Assembly (NCBI GenBank): GCA_028864975.1 | Contig: JAGWLG010000001.1 | Span: 32,001 to 96,000, forward strand | DNA: 64,000 nt | Direction of reading: 5' to 3' | From: Thermoplasmata archaeon | Lineage (GTDB): Archaea; Thermoplasmatota; Thermoplasmata; Lutacidiplasmatales; UBA184 | Part shown: in pieces, positions 1-9,420 of the stretch | Position numbering within the stretch: position 1 is the stretch's first letter | Layout of the letters: each line of letters opens with the position of its first letter | Made by a program: the position numbers and the translations under genes | The notes under the pieces: model-generated | What the model was told of the DNA's origin: nothing | Databases searched by the model: none | What the model saw: only the letters and a program-made list of their open reading frames with translations

Positions 1-192
1 ACCGAGCAGACCCTCGAGGAAGGTCTGAGCTTCCTGAGCGAACTGACTGCTCTGCTGTCGATTCGTGTAGTTCGAGAGCGCGACGAGGATCCCGCTGAAG
101 AAGAGCAGCAAGGAGATGATGGCCACGGTCGCGGCGGGGATCTCCTCGAAGAAACCTGCGACGCCCCGTCTTCCTCGGCGGAAGTTCGGCAT
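1..192 (-). CDS. Pilin-like protein with class III signal peptide (partial, runs off left edge)
   Basis: Read by hand, not in the ORF track: MPNFRRGRRG|VAGFFEEIPAATVAIISLLLFFSGILVALSNY..., a basic N-terminus, Gly and a hydrophobic helix. TTATAT box about 30 nt upstream (220-225). Confidence 0.7.
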   Translation of the reverse strand, partial: MPNFRRGRRGVAGFFEEIPAATVAIISLLLFFSGILVALSNYTNRQQSSQFAQEAQTFLEGLLG

Positions 193-219
193 GTCAAACC
201 CCGCCACGGGGGGGGTCTC

Positions 220-225
220 ATATAA
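220..225 (-). promoter_or_regulatory. Archaeal TATA box for the leftward pilin-like gene
   Basis: Minus strand reads ACGCTTATAT, about 28-33 nt upstream of the ATG at 192. AT-rich in a GC-rich context. Confidence 0.55.
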
Positions 226-373
226 GCGTGCCCAAATTGAAACGCCACGAAGGCACGAGCTGACTTCTGCGGGGGCTTCCCCGACCTGCGAACGCGCGGG
301 GCGACCGCGTTGGCTCCGCTCCTCGTCCAGGAATCGCTCCCCGTAGCCCGTCGAGTTCCTCCGTGAGGAAGCC

Positions 374-379
374 TTTATA
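374..379 (+). promoter_or_regulatory. Archaeal TATA box for the rightward pilin operon
   Basis: GAAGCC-TTTATA about 40 nt upstream of the ATG at 419. Confidence 0.55.
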
Positions 380-418
380 CTTGTCAAAGTTTGACACGGG
401 CGTCCCGAGGGACTGCAA

Positions 419-988
419 ATGCTGGGAACCCGAAGACTGCGGAATCGCCGTGGCGCATTGGAAGGACTACCGCTCTATCTGATCATCCTGATCGTCGTGG
501 CAGCGATCGTGGTGGCCATCCTCGTGGGGTGGCTCTCGACGCTCAAGCACCCCGCGGTGGGGAATGTCACGTACAACGTCAGTGGAAGCGGGGCCCAGGC
601 GCTCAGTCAGGCGGGGGCCACGTGCAACACCGCGTCGGACACGGCGTGCTTCAACCCTCAGCCTAACGGGGGTTGCACGTTCACCATCAACCCGTTGCCT
701 CCAGGGAACGTCGCGGGGATCACGATCAACGTCGCGGACAAGGGGGGCGGATCCCTAAGCGGCGCTTCGGTGCAGCTGAGCGGTCAGACCATCTCGGTCT
801 CGGCCTCCCCCTCCGACACGGGGGTCACCGACAGCAGCGGGAACGTCGTGTTCAACGGCGTCACCGGTACCGTCCCTCCGAACGATGGGGCTGGCGGGTT
901 CATCGTGATCGACGTGACCTACTCGTCGGGCGGGATTCAGACCCAGGGATCCGCTCAGATCCCCGTAGAGTCTCCCTCCAGCTGCTGA
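419..988 (+). CDS. Archaeal type IV pilin-like protein
   Basis: RRLRNRRG|ALEGLPLYLIILIVVAAIVVAILVGWL class III signal peptide, followed by a beta-rich Ser/Thr/Gly extracellular domain with Cys residues. Confidence 0.75.
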   Translation: MLGTRRLRNRRGALEGLPLYLIILIVVAAIVVAILVGWLSTLKHPAVGNVTYNVSGSGAQALSQAGATCNTASDTACFNPQPNGGCTFTINPLPPGNVAGITINVADKGGGSLSGASVQLSGQTISVSASPSDTGVTDSSGNVVFNGVTGTVPPNDGAGGFIVIDVTYSSGGIQTQGSAQIPVESPSSC

Positions 989-1016
989 GGGGGTGGGGAG
1001 AGGGGCCCCGGGGACG

Positions 1017-4000
1017 ATGACCCGGGGCCTCTCCCAACCATTTCGAGGAAGGAGCGGTCGGCTCCCCTATTCGTTCGTTGGGATCGTTATCCTTGCCGCG
1101 ATGGTCATCCTCACGGCGTACTTCGAGATTGCCGTCACGTGGTCGAACAACGAGGGCGCGTTCAACGTCCCTGAGCAGCTGAACACGGCCTTCGCGCTGG
1201 CGCAGCGGAACATCCAGCAGGCTGCCTACCTCGCGCTCCTTCAAGGGGAGTCGCAGCTCCTGCTCCAGACCCCTAATCCTCCTATCGATCAACTGAACCA
1301 GACCCTGAGGGACGGATTCGCGTCGGCGTTGCAGTCGATGGGTTTCGTCTCCCTCTCCGGGGGACCAGCTCCGGGATTCCAGGACGGGTCAGTCCGCGTC
1401 TACGCCGAGTCTTGGGGCATCAACCTGACCTGGGACCAGGGACAAGTGTGGGACGCGGTTCCCTCGATCGCGCTCCGGTCCGGAAGCAACGACCCTAACC
1501 TCCCCCTCGCGCAGGTCCCCGACGCGGCCCGCCCGACCTCGCTCGCCCTCACGGAAGAACCCGTCTATCCCATGGCCATCGGCGAGGTGCTCCTCTTCGG
1601 TGTGGATGGCGCCTCCGGGGTCTCTGGAACGCAGATCGTACCCTTCACCGAGACCGTCCAGAGCGAGCTGGGGCTCCTCGAGGACAGCCGAGCTCAGTTC
1701 GCCGATGCCTCCTTCGGACCTTCGGGGGGGTTCGCCCACCTGGTCCAGTACTTGGCCACGACGCTGGGAGAAATGCGCGCGTTGGTGGGGTACGGCTCGG
1801 GGGGGTGGCTCGGACCGAACGATGCGACGTCGATCGCCAGCAGTGCTTGTGGTGGCGCGAGCACGCCGAGCATCCTCTCTTGCGACGACCTTCACAACGC
1901 CGTCTCTCTTGCCGAGTTGCTGGAGAGCCTGCAGTACTTCCGCAGCTACGACCCCAACGCCACCTATGCGCTTCTGAGCGGACTTCCCCCCGGACCCTAC
2001 CAGACGCTCCTGTCGAAGTTCGTCTCCGATGGCGTCGTGGATGGGGCCGCCCTCTTCCTCCTCCTCTATCAGCAGCCGGGTAGCGGAGGGACTACCCCCG
2101 GGGGGATCGCCTCCATCAGTTCGGGCGAGGGGCTCGCCTCCGCGGCGTACTCGTTCGTCGACCGGTTCAAGTTCGACCTCATCCAGCAGTTCTTCGGAGC
2201 TCAGGCGGTCGACCCGACGCTCACGGAGCCGGTCGTCGACTGGGCCCGGCTCACCTCCCAGGGACAGGCCTACGCCCAGGCTCGTCTGCTCCAATGGCTG
2301 TCCGACTACCAGAACTGGCTGGGGATCTCGGTCAACTCGGTCCCCGCCTTCGACGACACTTCCTACATCCCCGCCGAGTGGTGCGACGACAACGGGAACT
2401 GCGGAACAGGGGCTTACACCGGAGGCGGGGCGTGTCTCTACTCCATCCTGCCGGCCGGGTCCACGATCAACACCTACGGCGCGACGATCGCCAATCTGCG
2501 TCTGGAGATCCTCGGGCAGAACAACTTCGGCTTCACGCCCCAGATGTTCACGATCAACGAGGTCATCACGGTCCCCGCCGTGGGCATCTACCCTCAGTGG
2601 CAGGATGCGGACGTCGGTACTGGAGCGGGTGGCGGTGCGGGGTACAATCTGGTCGACTACTCCCTTCTCGGGGAGTACAACGGGGCCTCCGGCCTGTCGA
2701 ACCCGCTCCTGGGCATGACCCCGGGCCCTCAGGGCGACCCGTACATGCAGGCGCTCGCAGGTATCCTGGAGCAGCTCAACGCCTCCATGGACCACAAGTC
2801 ACCCGCGGCCACGGGAATCGGCCAGAAGGGATACTTGGACTGGCTCGCCTACAGCGCCGCTAAGGATGGGGGCAACTACTCCAGCTTCGCCTCCGCGGGC
2901 CTTCCAGACCTATCGAACCCCTTGGTCGTGAACCAGGTGGTCAACTCGACCTCCTACAGCCTGCTCACGAACGGAAGCTCGACCCTCCTTAATGGAGTGG
3001 ACGCGCTCGCCCTCCAAAAGCTCTCGACGCAAGCCACCAACGCCTCGTGGCTGAACACCTCTTGGGTCTGGGGCGCGGCCCATCCTGATCTGATGCCTGC
3101 GGATGCTCTGGGGAGCACGATACCCGGAGGTGGAGTTCCTCCCACACCCCCGTCCGACAATCCCAGCCCGGGCCCGGCCGACTGGTGGACGATCTTGGAC
3201 AGCGCGCGACTGACCGCGCGCGAGTGGTACCAGCTGATGTACAACCTCTACTGGGGTACCTCGGGCATCATCCCCGGCTCCCCGGTCGGGGCGATCGATT
3301 TTGGGGCCATGGACAACGCCCAGTTCACCCTCTGGAGCCAGGGGGTCTACCACCAGCCGCCATCTCCCGGTATCGAACCGGACTTCGCGATGTGGATCCA
3401 GAACGAGAGCTATATCTCGGTCTACAACTGGATGGGCTATAGCCAGCCGGGGTACGGCGAGGGAGAGTGCGACAGGTTCTCCTGCGCCAATCCTGCGACA
3501 CGGTACGTTGGGGCGGTGGCCACAGGTGCCTGTTCCAATGGGGCGTTCGGTACCCCCGGGTACGCGGCATGGCAGAACGCTCGGAGCTACTTCTTCTTCG
3601 AGGAAGGCACGGGTCAGCCGAGCCGGACCTGGAACAACGTCGGGGCGGCGGTGACCTGCGCGCTTCTGGGTCCGGCCGGTCACACGCTGGGTGGTGCGTC
3701 CTGTGCCGCGGCGCCGTACAGCACCACCGGTACTCCGAAGGGCATTGACTTCTTCCACTATGACACCGCGCCCGGCGTCGGGCTCACTTCCTCCTTCTGG
3801 AACACCAAGAACGCCACCGGCGATGGGTGGTGGGGATGCTGGAGCCCCACCGTGGGGCTCTGCCCGCGGGCAGGTCAGTACGACTACGGAAACGACTACG
3901 GCAACTTCACCAACTGGACGATCGACAAGATCGCGCCACCGTTGCTGAACGACACGCGGGAGATGGGCCAGGTGGGGGGCTGGCTCTCCCAGCTCTACGC

Positions 4001-5891
4001 CGCGGCCGACCGAGAGATCTGGCAGGGCGCGAACCTGTCTGCGACCATCGACAAGCCCTGGCTCGAGAACGGGGTGAACTACAGCTTCTGGCAGGGCAAC
4101 TACACTAACGAACTCCGTGACGGCCAGGTCTCCAACGAGTCGTTACAGAACCTGCTCAGCGGAATGCAGGTGCACGGTGCGGGGCTCACGTTCACGTGGA
4201 CCGCTCCCACGTCCACGATCCACTTGGTCGATGCCCAGAACGACTCCTCGAACATGGGCATCGCCCCGATGACGTCCACGTGGGCCGTCGACCTTCACGG
4301 GAGCATCGACCTCAATCTGACGTCGAGCCGTCTCGCGCTGCTCCAGAAGGGCTACGGGGTCCCCACGCAGCTCAACGTGACCGTTCCGATCAACATGGAC
4401 GTGCCGGTCACCATCTATACGCCGTGGAACCTCGGAAGCGGATGGGACCCCCTCTCGACCCCGCTGCCGGGGGACCCTGCGTACGTCCTGACCCGCGGGG
4501 TCTTCGGCCTTGTCGGGAACGACTACCACGCCGCGCCGAACTTCCTCCCCGGGACCTACCTCAGCGCTCCCTTGAACGCCCTCATGGCGAACATGACCTC
4601 GCTTGGCCGCGTGTTGGGGGCGGAGGGACGCGCTCAGGCGTCCATGTTAGCGGGGCTACCTGACCGGGACGTCGGGGCCTCGGCACCCTGGGCGCAGAAC
4701 TGGACCCTCCTGGAGAACACCACCCAGACCGCGCTCGCCGCCACAGCTGGGCCGTACCTCGCGGCGACGCAGGGCTACATCGCGCTTCTGAACTCCGAGC
4801 TGACGGCCGTGCCGAACGGAGGGCCGTACACGAACGTGCCGTGGGTCTACCCGGCCTACTTCGGCTTCCTCGGCCAGCTCAACAGCCCCGGCCAGCAGTT
4901 CAACTACTATGGCTACCCCGGACCCACCGGGTTCGGGAACGTCGACCAGTACAACCTCACCTTCGCGGGACCGACCGTCGGGGTCAACTACTTCGTCGAC
5001 AACAACTTCCGGGGCGCCTCTCCGGGCACGGTCCCGGTCCATGGGTTCTGCGGGGCCTGGTCGCCGACGGCCCCTGCGCGCAACCTCTACTGCGGCCCCG
5101 CCATCCACAATACCGGCCTGTCCTACACTTTCGATGGGTACTGGCAGGAGTTCCTCACTCCCTACCGCCTCTCGCTCTCGGGGTCCCCCACGTTCACGGC
5201 CCCTGCTCAGGTCGCGGCGGCACGGAGCTATCCCTCCCTCACGTCCCCGTACCTGGGGCCCACGTCGGCCTACCCGGCGGAGCTCTCCGTGAGCGGCGTA
5301 GGAGGACTCCCACCGCCCGCGTCGACCGGGTTCGTGCAGGCCAACCAGGGATACCTGCCCGCTCCGGGAGCCTTCTCCAACTACGCCGCGGAGCAGCAGT
5401 GGGCGGCGGCATACCTCTTCGACGGGCTCGGCTCTGCGACGACCCCGGGGGTCACGGAACTCGGCTACTCGACCGTGCTCGAGTACTCGACGCTCGCCGG
5501 GGACGCCAGGTCGATGAACACTACGGTCGATCTTCAGGACGCCGCCGGGCTCTTCGGATCAGCGACGCAGATGGCGAACGTCGGGGGCTTCCTGGAGTGG
5601 TTCGAGCTCAACCACGAACAGATCGCCTACGGTCTGGGAGGACTTTCGGCGGACCCGACCACCCTGGCCTCGGCCGAGCCCTATCTCCTGACCTCGGCGT
5701 ATCGGAACGTCACCGTCGCGACGGGGTCGCTCTCGACCCCCTCGACCTACGCCTTCCTCTCCTCGAACCTCGCTTGCACGGAAGGCGACCTTGGCGGAAC
5801 GGGTGGAGGGCTCCTGAACACCCCTACGGTGCTCATCGGGGGAGGGACCCCCCAGACGTGGTCGTACGGCGGGGCCCTGGTCGAGGACTGA
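1017..5891 (+). CDS. Very large pilin-associated/adhesin-like secreted protein (~1620 aa)
   Basis: Likely start MTRGLSQPFRGRSG|RLPYSFVGIVILAAMVIL (class III-like signal). One N-terminal TM helix, Gly/Ser/Thr/aromatic-rich body, several Cys-rich inserts. Confidence 0.7.
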   Translation: MTRGLSQPFRGRSGRLPYSFVGIVILAAMVILTAYFEIAVTWSNNEGAFNVPEQLNTAFALAQRNIQQAAYLALLQGESQLLLQTPNPPIDQLNQTLRDGFASALQSMGFVSLSGGPAPGFQDGSVRVYAESWGINLTWDQGQVWDAVPSIALRSGSNDPNLPLAQVPDAARPTSLALTEEPVYPMAIGEVLLFGVDGASGVSGTQIVPFTETVQSELGLLEDSRAQFADASFGPSGGFAHLVQYLATTLGEMRALVGYGSGGWLGPNDATSIASSACGGASTPSILSCDDLHNAVSLAELLESLQYFRSYDPNATYALLSGLPPGPYQTLLSKFVSDGVVDGAALFLLLYQQPGSGGTTPGGIASISSGEGLASAAYSFVDRFKFDLIQQFFGAQAVDPTLTEPVVDWARLTSQGQAYAQARLLQWLSDYQNWLGISVNSVPAFDDTSYIPAEWCDDNGNCGTGAYTGGGACLYSILPAGSTINTYGATIANLRLEILGQNNFGFTPQMFTINEVITVPAVGIYPQWQDADVGTGAGGGAGYNLVDYSLLGEYNGASGLSNPLLGMTPGPQGDPYMQALAGILEQLNASMDHKSPAATGIGQKGYLDWLAYSAAKDGGNYSSFASAGLPDLSNPLVVNQVVNSTSYSLLTNGSSTLLNGVDALALQKLSTQATNASWLNTSWVWGAAHPDLMPADALGSTIPGGGVPPTPPSDNPSPGPADWWTILDSARLTAREWYQLMYNLYWGTSGIIPGSPVGAIDFGAMDNAQFTLWSQGVYHQPPSPGIEPDFAMWIQNESYISVYNWMGYSQPGYGEGECDRFSCANPATRYVGAVATGACSNGAFGTPGYAAWQNARSYFFFEEGTGQPSRTWNNVGAAVTCALLGPAGHTLGGASCAAAPYSTTGTPKGIDFFHYDTAPGVGLTSSFWNTKNATGDGWWGCWSPTVGLCPRAGQYDYGNDYGNFTNWTIDKIAPPLLNDTREMGQVGGWLSQLYAAADREIWQGANLSATIDKPWLENGVNYSFWQGNYTNELRDGQVSNESLQNLLSGMQVHGAGLTFTWTAPTSTIHLVDAQNDSSNMGIAPMTSTWAVDLHGSIDLNLTSSRLALLQKGYGVPTQLNVTVPINMDVPVTIYTPWNLGSGWDPLSTPLPGDPAYVLTRGVFGLVGNDYHAAPNFLPGTYLSAPLNALMANMTSLGRVLGAEGRAQASMLAGLPDRDVGASAPWAQNWTLLENTTQTALAATAGPYLAATQGYIALLNSELTAVPNGGPYTNVPWVYPAYFGFLGQLNSPGQQFNYYGYPGPTGFGNVDQYNLTFAGPTVGVNYFVDNNFRGASPGTVPVHGFCGAWSPTAPARNLYCGPAIHNTGLSYTFDGYWQEFLTPYRLSLSGSPTFTAPAQVAAARSYPSLTSPYLGPTSAYPAELSVSGVGGLPPPASTGFVQANQGYLPAPGAFSNYAAEQQWAAAYLFDGLGSATTPGVTELGYSTVLEYSTLAGDARSMNTTVDLQDAAGLFGSATQMANVGGFLEWFELNHEQIAYGLGGLSADPTTLASAEPYLLTSAYRNVTVATGSLSTPSTYAFLSSNLACTEGDLGGTGGGLLNTPTVLIGGGTPQTWSYGGALVED

Positions 5892-5942
5892 AGGGCGCGC
5901 CCGACCCACCGGAAGGGCCGCTCCAGGGCCCGGAACTGGGGC

Positions 5943-8015
5943 TTACCCGTCCTGCGCTCCCTGCTGGCCGGAGGAGCTGTTGTTCCCCTCGCCCCCGCGG
6001 GTCCGCTGAAGGTGTTGACGGAGGTTCTCATGGGCGTCGCGGAGGTTCTTGCGCGCCGACGCCCTCTGGTGTTCGAGCGCCTCCATCTGGCTCTCGTGAT
6101 CGCTCAGGGCCTGGCCGTGCTGGAAGAGGACGTTCTCGCGTTCCTCGACCCCGCGCCGCCGGCGGTCGACCTCCTCGGTCTGTCGTTGGACCGCCCCTTC
6201 CCTCATCGAGGTCTGGCGCTCCCGTGATACGAGCGAGGCCTCGCGGTCGCGCAGCAGGTTGGACTGCTGCTCGAGCTCCGCGGCCCGGCGGGCCTGGCGG
6301 TCCTCGACGCCGCGCGCGAGGTTCTCCCTCCTCGTGATCTCGATCTCGCGTCCATTGAGGGTCTGTTCGCGGTCGGCGATCTTGCCTTCCCGCTGACGCA
6401 GGGTCTCCTGGAGCGCTGAGAGCTGGCTCTCCATGGCGTTCATCCGCGCCTGCCGCTCCTCCACCTCGCTGAGCCGGGAGCGCGCGGCGGTGGAGATCTG
6501 CTCCGCCTCCATCTGCCGGCGTTGAAGGTCCTGCTCCTGGGTCCGGCGGACGTTCTCCCACTGCTCCTCCTGGGAGAGGAGGTGGGTCTCTCGGTCGCGC
6601 AGCGCGGACTCGTCCGCCCGTAGCTTGTCCTCCCGCGCGCCGAGCGCCTTCAGTCGCTCTCGGGTCGCGAGCTCACGCTTTTCGAGCTCCTCGCGAGAGG
6701 CGCGGGTCTCGTTCTCTCGACGAGCGGCCTCGCTCTCGCGATGCTCGAGCTCGGAGGCACGCTTTCGGAGCTCGGCCTCCTCCACAGATCCCGGGGGAGG
6801 GGCTGTCGGCGCCCCTTGAGGAACCTGCCCCTCTCGCTCGGTGATCGCCTTCTCGCGCTCGCCCAGCGACTGGTCGCGGGTGTCCAGCTCTTGGTAGCGC
6901 CGCTGGAGCTCGATCTGGTGCGCCTCGAGGTCATGTTGGAGCGTCTGGAGCTCCTGTCGGTGCGCTTCGAGAGCTTGTTCATGCTCGGTGAGCTGTTGCT
7001 CTCGAGAGGACAGCGCCGCCTGTTGCTCGGCCTGCGCCTTGCTGCCTTCGGCCTCCTGCGCCGAGGCCTTCGCGGACGCGGCCTGCTCGGCGGTCCCTAT
7101 CCGCTCCTCCCGCTCCGAGAGCTTCGAGTCCCGCTCTATAAGCTGGGACTCGGCCGCGTTGAGCGCGCTCTCGCGCGCGGCGATCTCGGCCATGCGTTGC
7201 TGGACCGCATCCTCCCGGCCCACCAGGGAGCGGTCCTTCTCTTCCAACGCCTTTTGGCGCGCGTCCAGCTCCTCGTTGGAGACCGAGGGCCCCGGCGGGC
7301 TGGGCGCCGAGGGTGGGGCGGACGCTGCTATCGACGCCCCTGTCGGGCTCGCAGCGGTCGGAGCGCCCCTCCCGACGACCGTGAATGGACGGGAGGTGTC
7401 CTCGGCATCGACCGGGGTCGCCTCGGGCGAGGCGGGATTCGCTTCTGCAGCGGCGGAGTCCGACCCCGCGACGAACGCTTTCAGGGGATCAGGGCCCGGG
7501 GGCGGTGCAACGGAGACGAGCGGGGCCTCTTCCTTGACCTGGGAAGGCGCTGGGCTCTCCGCGACCACGGCGGTCGGGCCGGGGGAAGCAACGGGGGAAG
7601 AGGCGGGAGCGACACCCGTGGGAGGTGGGGATGCCACCGTCGTGGCGGCCGGTCCCGGAGCTGCGACGCTGGGGATAGGAGGCGTTGCCTCCTCTGGCGA
7701 AGGAGCCCCACCGCGGGCACGGCGGACGAGTTCGAGCCCCTGAGGGGTCATGTGGACCTGGAAGTCCTCGGGCCCAAGCTGTTCGATCCGCACGAGGTTC
7801 GAGCGCTGGAGCTTGCTGAGCGCGTCCTTGACATCCTTGTAAGCGGCCCCGCCCAGGGACTTCCGGATGTTCCGGACGTAGTCCTCTCTCGTGACGGGGT
7901 TCCGGCCGCCTCGGGAGTGATCGGCACTGAACAGGAGGACCGACTGGAGCAGGTTCAGTTGAGGGTTCGGGGATGGCCTGGCCACAGCTTGAGGGGACGC
8001 CAAGGAGGGCAACAC
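5943..8015 (-). CDS. Winged-helix N-terminal domain + Pro/Ala linker + long coiled-coil protein
   Basis: N-terminal ...YKDVKDALSKLQRSNLVRIEQ...VHMTPQGLELV wHTH pattern, then about 340 aa of E/R/Q/L heptads. Confidence 0.75.
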   Translation of the reverse strand: MLPSLASPQAVARPSPNPQLNLLQSVLLFSADHSRGGRNPVTREDYVRNIRKSLGGAAYKDVKDALSKLQRSNLVRIEQLGPEDFQVHMTPQGLELVRRARGGAPSPEEATPPIPSVAAPGPAATTVASPPPTGVAPASSPVASPGPTAVVAESPAPSQVKEEAPLVSVAPPPGPDPLKAFVAGSDSAAAEANPASPEATPVDAEDTSRPFTVVGRGAPTAASPTGASIAASAPPSAPSPPGPSVSNEELDARQKALEEKDRSLVGREDAVQQRMAEIAARESALNAAESQLIERDSKLSEREERIGTAEQAASAKASAQEAEGSKAQAEQQAALSSREQQLTEHEQALEAHRQELQTLQHDLEAHQIELQRRYQELDTRDQSLGEREKAITEREGQVPQGAPTAPPPGSVEEAELRKRASELEHRESEAARRENETRASREELEKRELATRERLKALGAREDKLRADESALRDRETHLLSQEEQWENVRRTQEQDLQRRQMEAEQISTAARSRLSEVEERQARMNAMESQLSALQETLRQREGKIADREQTLNGREIEITRRENLARGVEDRQARRAAELEQQSNLLRDREASLVSRERQTSMREGAVQRQTEEVDRRRRGVEERENVLFQHGQALSDHESQMEALEHQRASARKNLRDAHENLRQHLQRTRGGEGNNSSSGQQGAQDG

Positions 8016-8041
8016 TCCTACGCTCTAGGGAGGAGGCCCGC

Positions 8042-8055
8042 GGGAGATAAGCGTT
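8042..8055 (-). promoter_or_regulatory. BRE/TATA-like promoter motif AACGCTTATCTCCC (copy 1)
   Basis: Identical 14-mer also at 15439-15452. Both copies lie 30-45 nt upstream of minus-strand start codons. Confidence 0.5.
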
Positions 8056-8077
8056 GGCTCTCGGTCCTTTGGTTCCG

Positions 8078-9373
8078 TCAGCGAAGCTCCAATCCACGGG
8101 CTGTGGCGTAGACCACGGATTTAGACCCGCAGACGGGGCACGAAGGTCGCCCGCTCTTGAGAGGGTATCCCGTCCCGCAGAGACCGCAGGTGACCCGGCC
8201 CTCCCCGGTAAGTACCGGGGACGGAGGCGACTGAGGGGGCGGGCTTGGAGGGACCCGGCTTGGCGGGGCGGTACCCGGTCGAGCTTCGAGGTGCGCGACC
8301 GTCTCCCTCCGCCAGCCGTCCACGTCCGGGCGGGGTCCCTGCACGGACTTGCGGGGGGACGAAGGGCCGGTGCTCACCTCGACCGAGGCCCCCGCTGCCT
8401 CCGTGGGGCCCCTCCGAACGAACGAGCCCGTGGCCGCCAGGAATCCGAAGAACCCCATGCCGGCGCCCACGGCTCCCACGAGGGACCCGGTGTCCAAGGG
8501 CGCCCCCTTGCTCGGGTCGAGCTCGGTCGCGTTGTACGAGAGGGTGGACGCATTCGCCTCGGCGGAGAGGAAGACCAGGGTCCAGCCGGTGACCGTTCCG
8601 TGGACCTGGGCGTACCATGAGACGGGCGTCCCCCCCATGCCCACCCACGACCCCGAAGTGAGGAACGAGTTCTCGCACGCGGGATCGCTCGGGAGGAACG
8701 TGGCCGCGGGACACTCGGTCGAGTTGTTCGGGGAGAGCAAGTAGAGCTGGGCCCCTCCCCCCGCGCCCGACGGGACGGAGAACGAGCCCCGGATCCCGAT
8801 GGCGACCGAGCTGAGGGGAGGAAGGATCACAACCGCCCGGCCCGGAACGGGGTCCTCACGGACCAGGGACGGGTTCGATGGGACCGAAAGGCCGACCGAA
8901 CTCGAACTCGCGTCGGGGGTGTAAGCGACCGTCTCGGAGATGGCGAAGGAGCCGTCCGAAGGTCCTAGGTAGAGGAGGGCGAAGGGTCCGTCGGCGGTGG
9001 TGTTGTACCCCCAGCCACCCGAGCTCCGGCTCCCCAGGGCGGTGGCGAACGACGTCGGGACCCCATGTCCCGAGTCGCTGGCGTTCTCGATCGCCCAGTC
9101 CGCGGCATCTAGGAGATAGAAGGCGACCGTGGAGCCGGGGGCGCCCGTGGTGAAGTTGCCCCACAGGAACGCGCCGGACGGAACGTAGGGCAACGGCACC
9201 ACAAGGTCCGACGGCAAGGAGGTCATCGAGGGCAGGAACTGGTCACCGGAGGGTATCAACGGGGTCGCGGCGAGGGGGGCTTGCGCGTGCGGAAGCTCGT
9301 AGTATGCGAAGGCGATGGTGCTGACCCCTAGGACCACCAGCACGAGCCCGACGGCGAGCTGGGTCGAGTGCAT
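8078..9373 (-). CDS. Membrane protein with extracellular domain and C-terminal zinc ribbon
   Basis: N-terminal TM helix, second TM (LVGAVGAGMGFFGFLAA), Pro-rich linker, CGLC...CPVC. Confidence 0.7.
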   Translation of the reverse strand: MHSTQLAVGLVLVVLGVSTIAFAYYELPHAQAPLAATPLIPSGDQFLPSMTSLPSDLVVPLPYVPSGAFLWGNFTTGAPGSTVAFYLLDAADWAIENASDSGHGVPTSFATALGSRSSGGWGYNTTADGPFALLYLGPSDGSFAISETVAYTPDASSSSVGLSVPSNPSLVREDPVPGRAVVILPPLSSVAIGIRGSFSVPSGAGGGAQLYLLSPNNSTECPAATFLPSDPACENSFLTSGSWVGMGGTPVSWYAQVHGTVTGWTLVFLSAEANASTLSYNATELDPSKGAPLDTGSLVGAVGAGMGFFGFLAATGSFVRRGPTEAAGASVEVSTGPSSPRKSVQGPRPDVDGWRRETVAHLEARPGTAPPSRVPPSPPPQSPPSPVLTGEGRVTCGLCGTGYPLKSGRPSCPVCGSKSVVYATARGLELR

Positions 9374-9420
9374 CGGGCCGGGTTCCCTTCCTCCTCGCCA
9401 TCGCGGAGGCGCCCTATATA

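Noticed and set aside
1389-2795. 468-aa antisense ORF and similar long ORFs (e.g. 4841-6337, 6741-8111, 17603-19036, 18304-19794, 38141-39913)
   Set aside because: They overlap well-supported genes, are Arg/Gly/Pro-rich and lack motifs. These are typical shadow frames of high-GC DNA.
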